Positions 59,403 to 64,000 of a stretch of DNA of 64,000 bases are shown here, piece after piece. The notes under the pieces are model-generated. The model was not told the origin of the DNA, did not search any database, and worked only from the letters and a program-made list of their open reading frames with translations. The DNA is taken from positions 1,550,001 to 1,614,000 of the forward strand of contig JAUFOQ010000013.1 of the NCBI GenBank assembly GCA_040285855.1, written 5' to 3'. This stretch comes from Eukaryota sp. GEM-RC1 (Eukaryota). The number at the start of each line of letters is the position of its first letter. The first letter of the stretch is position 1. A program made the translations under genes and the position numbers.

Positions 59403-62400
59403 ATGAGTCAAGCTTCACAATCAATCACTGGAGTGGATTCAGTAGATGCAAAGGGTATCCAGTCCTTGGTTCAGTCTCTGCTTGCAGGAGTTGCTTTTTA
59501 CATCGTTCTGTGAAGTTGCATCATAATGTCTCTTCATATGTACTGCTGCTAGTCCAGTTTATCCAAATATTGGGCTTTGTTCTCCGCGAGACGGTGTTTC
59601 ACGAAGTATTTGATCTACAACCTATCCTCAAGTATATCTCTCTTCCAATTTACACCTCATGGTCAAGGGTGTCCGGACCGGCGCTCCTACTCACGCTATT
59701 TGTTCTGTTTCTCCTATTGTTTGCCCTCTGTATTGCTGTTTGCTACTGGAACTCCGCTACCCCCAATATTAATAGCGCCGTCACCGTGCCCCTCCGTATC
59801 TCCCTTGAACTAGTCATCACCATTCTCTACATTCCCCTAATGTCTCTCTTCCTCTCCTTCATTCCATGTGGACGGTCCTTTGATCCTACTGGTATCACCT
59901 TCGAAGAAGGCATCACCGGCAACTGTCTCTCCTCTATCTCTCTCTTCTACCGGTCTGTAGCACTACTGGGCTCTGTGATGTTGTTCTGTCTTGCTCTTGC
60001 TTGGATCGTCTTCTATGATGACTCACCACTTTCTAAGAGAAGTTTTGCTCGATCTCATAACCGGTTCTATTTTTGGTATCTGATCTCATTTACTTATCTT
60101 TTGGTAATCTTCTTCATGTTTCATTCTAGATTCTGGCTCTTTAGAGTTTCCTATCTACTTGTTCCTATCTTTCTCTCTTACAAACTTTTCAATTACATTC
60201 CTTTTTACAAAAGAAGAGTAAACTGCTTACAAATGTCGATGTTGGGTATTTGGATTGGAACTGCAATTGGATTTATCATCAACTCTCTTGTTAACATGGA
60301 TCCATCTAATGAAAAAGTAGTTAACTTGCTACTATATCTTCCGTTATTTACTGTTTTTGGCGGGGTTTGGTATGTCATTATGAGGGAGACGAATTTACAC
60401 AATCTTTACCACAGTATACTCAATCAATCAGGAATTGATTGAAAAGGGTTTGATTGTTGATGATGCTCCAGGTGATGAACTTGATGGTTATGACTTCTCT
60501 CCTCATTTTCCCCAAAAATTCATGAATCTTTACTATTTTGACCTACTATCACGTGCTCTCCAACCTAAACCTTCAAAAAGTGAGCTTACTCTTACAGTTA
60601 AATCTCTTTATACATTTGGAGAACGTTTATTTGCTGAAGATGTAATGTTTTTATGTCTAAGGTTTCTATTCGAAATTAACCTTTTGAAGGACCCAATTGG
60701 TGCTACAGTTACTTTGAGTACTATTAAAACTCTCGATGCTGACTTCAAACCTGACGAATCTCTTATGATTTCTCGAGGAATTCAACAGCTTGAAGCCCTC
60801 AGAAGACAACAATCAACTGGTCATGACGTTGACACGTCATCTTTCCTCCATTTTCAACGGCAACAACGTCATTTATCTAACCTTCATCGTGATTGTCTTG
60901 ATGGATTATACGCCTTTTGGAACGTGCTGACAAAACCTAAAGTTGACCTATCATTATTACCTTCAATTCTTGAAAAAGTTCACAAGAGTAAACAGACTAT
61001 TGTATTAAACTTCAACAAATTACTTCATCAACATGGAGATCAACAATCTTTGCTCACTTCTTATGCCGCTTTTGTTAGAGAAGTTGAATGTGATCAAGAA
61101 CGTGCTGCTGTACTAGAAGAACAAGCTCAGATGCTTTGTTCGAGTGAAAAGAGTTCAAGCCATGGGGCAAGTTCTCATTCTGGGTCTGTATCATTTTCTA
61201 AACCTGGAAAGAAAGAAAAAAGAAGAAGTTTGAAGTTTAACCTGGACTCAATGACTAGTTCAAGTGGCCAGGATTCTGAGAAAAGTGCTATTTCTGTTCT
61301 TAGATTCTCAGTAGTAGTTGCTTTAATAATTATGACCATAATTGCTGTCGCTTCATACCTCCTCTCTGCCAACGTTCTCTCTTCAGTTTCGGATAGAGTT
61401 GACCAATTGTATGAACTTTCCCATGTTCATGCAGTTTCTGAATTACTTGGATTAACTGCTGGACGTGTTTTTCTAAATTTAAATGAACAAAACACTCATA
61501 ATTTTGCTACCACTTTAATGAAAGAATCTGAACATTTATCTTTTCATTTGAGAAGACTCACTTTATTAGACCCTTTTGATGCTGATTACACTGAACTTCC
61601 TTGTCCACGATCCAATGGCAGATCAATTGAACCTCCTTCTAGTGAATTACAAACAGAAATGAGAATTTTACGTTTTCCTTTAGTTTTTGTTTACAACTTT
61701 ATTCCTCCTGTTGAAGAAGCTAGAGTTCTGTCTGCTTGGACAATTGGACTTGCACAAGCTTTACATAGTAGTCGTGCTGGTAAAATATTGGATTCTGGAA
61801 ATTCTCTAAATTTTGAAAATTTAGCCAGTATCAGGGGAAGTTTGAACGGTTTCTCTAATGCAATTGATCATGTTTATGATTGGTTAGTATCTGGTTCTGA
61901 TGAATTTTTCAATATTTCCTTTTTCATTCAAATTTTAATGAATGTTCTAATTTTAATTGTTACTTTAATCATTGGATTTGTATTATTTGCAAGATCTTTT
62001 TCTAAAATTGTTGACGAGCGCACATCTATTTTAAATTTGTTTTTGTACATTCCTCAAAAAGAAATTCAAAAATTAATTCATGATCCTAAATTTGATTACA
62101 TGAGAAAAAGACGAAATCTAAATCCAGATCAACTCTTTCCGCAACTGCCATATCTGATGAAGATTCAGATTCTGAAGACTTGTCTAGATTTAATTCATTT
62201 GAATTGGAAAAAGATGTGTTGCTTGATGTTCAAGAAGCAGATGTCTCTGAAACTAAAACTGAAAAACACGTTCCTCTTCCAATTTCCATCAGTATTTTAA
62301 TTATCTGCTTAACTATTATTGGCCTGATTATTGGAGGTTTTTCGATTTATCTGCTATTTGATATCATTGATGATAATGCTGAAGTCAACTCCTTTTTTCA

Positions 62401-64000
62401 TGTAGCCCTTGACGCTAGATCCACTGTTGCTGACGTGACCTTGATTGACCGTGATGCCGCAGCAGCAATTGTATTATTTACTGCATTTGGTGACGATCAT
62501 TTTCTACTCAATTATTTCGATTTAATCTATTCTGGAAGACGGCAACGTGCGCTTGCTAATTTACTTTCACTTGATTTGACTGAAGATCAATTACTATCAA
62601 TTTCTCAGGTTGGGACTTATTCAAATTTGTTTACCAGATTGGAATTTATTTCTGCATCATTAATTTGCTCTATATTTGACGTCGATGAATCTCTTTGCTC
62701 AAGATTTAATGATTTTACCTATGACGCCCAGTCAGAGACCAGCTATTTCAGAGACAAATTAGCTTATGATGATGTTGTCTGGTATTCTACTTTAGAACAA
62801 GACCTTGAGAAATCAGTGGACGATCGTTTGAATATTGCTAGGAATACTCAGTATAATTCTCGGTGGCTGGGTGTTTTTCTATCTCTTTTAAATACCCTGG
62901 AAGGTACTGCCGTCGATATAGTGAATTCTCTTTTGATTACATTAATGATGTGTATTCTTCAGTTAATTCTGACTTTAATATTGTTTGGATCTCAGTGTTA
63001 GCGACTTCAATCATTATTCTAATTATGATCATCATTTCTTTTCTCAATCGTAAAAGTTTAAGAGTAGCCAGATTTCTACTCTATATGTTTGTCATTTTGT
63101 TTGCCGTCCTCATTTCTACCGCTGTCTATTTCTCAATCAATGCTGATTCGGTCTTTTCTGACGACATTTCTGCTCTGGTTGTGGAATCTCGCCGAGTTTT
63201 GCCAGAGTTGTTGATATTGAGTGGAATTTCAATAGTGTACGAAGACGTATAGATTTGCTAATATTTGCTGATGATTTTGTTCATTTTACGGCAGGTGAAA
63301 GCTCTTATAACACTTTGATTGGACTTTTTGAGTTATTTAAATCCGGTGACTTAACTTCACATCCTGCTTTGGATAACGCGGTTGGCTTAATCAGCCAGCA
63401 ATTAGATTTGATTGAAGGTCAGTTGATGGATTATATGCGACGTGTCTTAGTTATTTCTAAATTGGCCACTTACCACCTTCCTGAATATCAACTGTCAACT
63501 TTAGTTAATACTACTTGGGATATTGATCAATTGCCTTTAAGTGAACGAAATACTTGGAAATTGCCTCATGGTTATAGTCTCAGTAACTCAGAAACTGATT
63601 TGGCAAAAGATGTTGAATATTTGAAAAATGCTTCCAGAGCCATTGTTACTTCAAAGTATTTCTACTCTTTAACTAGAGATTTAGTTGAATCGTTTGCAGA
63701 ACTTCGCCGTTCCACTACTTATACTTTAATTTACATTGTGGATGATTTTGATTCTCAATTCACTTTTAATTTAGAATTATCTGTATATTTAATTATTGCT
63801 CTACTCATTTCTTCTATTTTGTTTTGCTTCTTCATCTTGCTGTCTGGACTTAAAGAAAGACCAAAAGCCTCTCATGTTAAACAGAAGATATCCTTCCCAG
63901 CAATGGTTACGTATACGAAACAGTATATTATTTCTCTTTCAGTTTTGTTCATTCTTTTGTCAATGTTTTATTTTGGTTCTCTTGTTGGTTTTACTCAACT
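59403..64000 (+). CDS. Very large polytopic membrane protein (TmcB/TmcC-like), runs off the right edge, several indels
   Basis: Starts MSQASQ at 59403. N-terminal multi-TM block (QFIQILGF, LYIPLMSLF, ARSHNRF, YIPFYK), then a helical region (FWNVL..YAAFVREV) and TM pairs followed by ERTSILNLFLYIPQ. Confidence 0.7.

Overview
This is AT-rich, gene-dense, intron-poor eukaryotic DNA, apparently from a microbial eukaryote. The standard genetic code applies, since TAA, TAG and TGA all end conserved genes. Housekeeping genes include UPF2, NSUN5, CTF18, CK2-beta, Ssf1/PPAN, a TPX2-like protein, an acid sphingomyelinase-like phosphoesterase, AAAP and AEC/PIN transporters and an Asteroid/XPG-type nuclease. 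Expanded repeat proteins include NLRC3-like LRR, Sel1, RING-kinase-LRR-TM and RING-pseudokinase-Sel1 proteins. Most genes are broken by single-base indels at homopolymers in both directions, probably long-read errors, but three breaks are explained by tiny 29-31 nt GT-AG introns. Intergenic DNA is crowded with non-autonomous DNA transposons (8-bp TSD hAT-like and TA-flanked elements) and remnants of RLE-type non-LTR retrotransposons. The highlights are three. First, two degenerate, non-overlapping fragments of a Fanzor/TnpB-family RNA-guided nuclease. Second, a 1041-bp hAT-like element with 30-bp periodic arrays, inserted within the first five codons of a Sel1 gene, whose TIRs could allow in-frame splicing. 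Third, a 191-bp, 62% GC foreign-looking coding fragment inside a retroelement. All calls come from reading motifs by eye; no searches were run.
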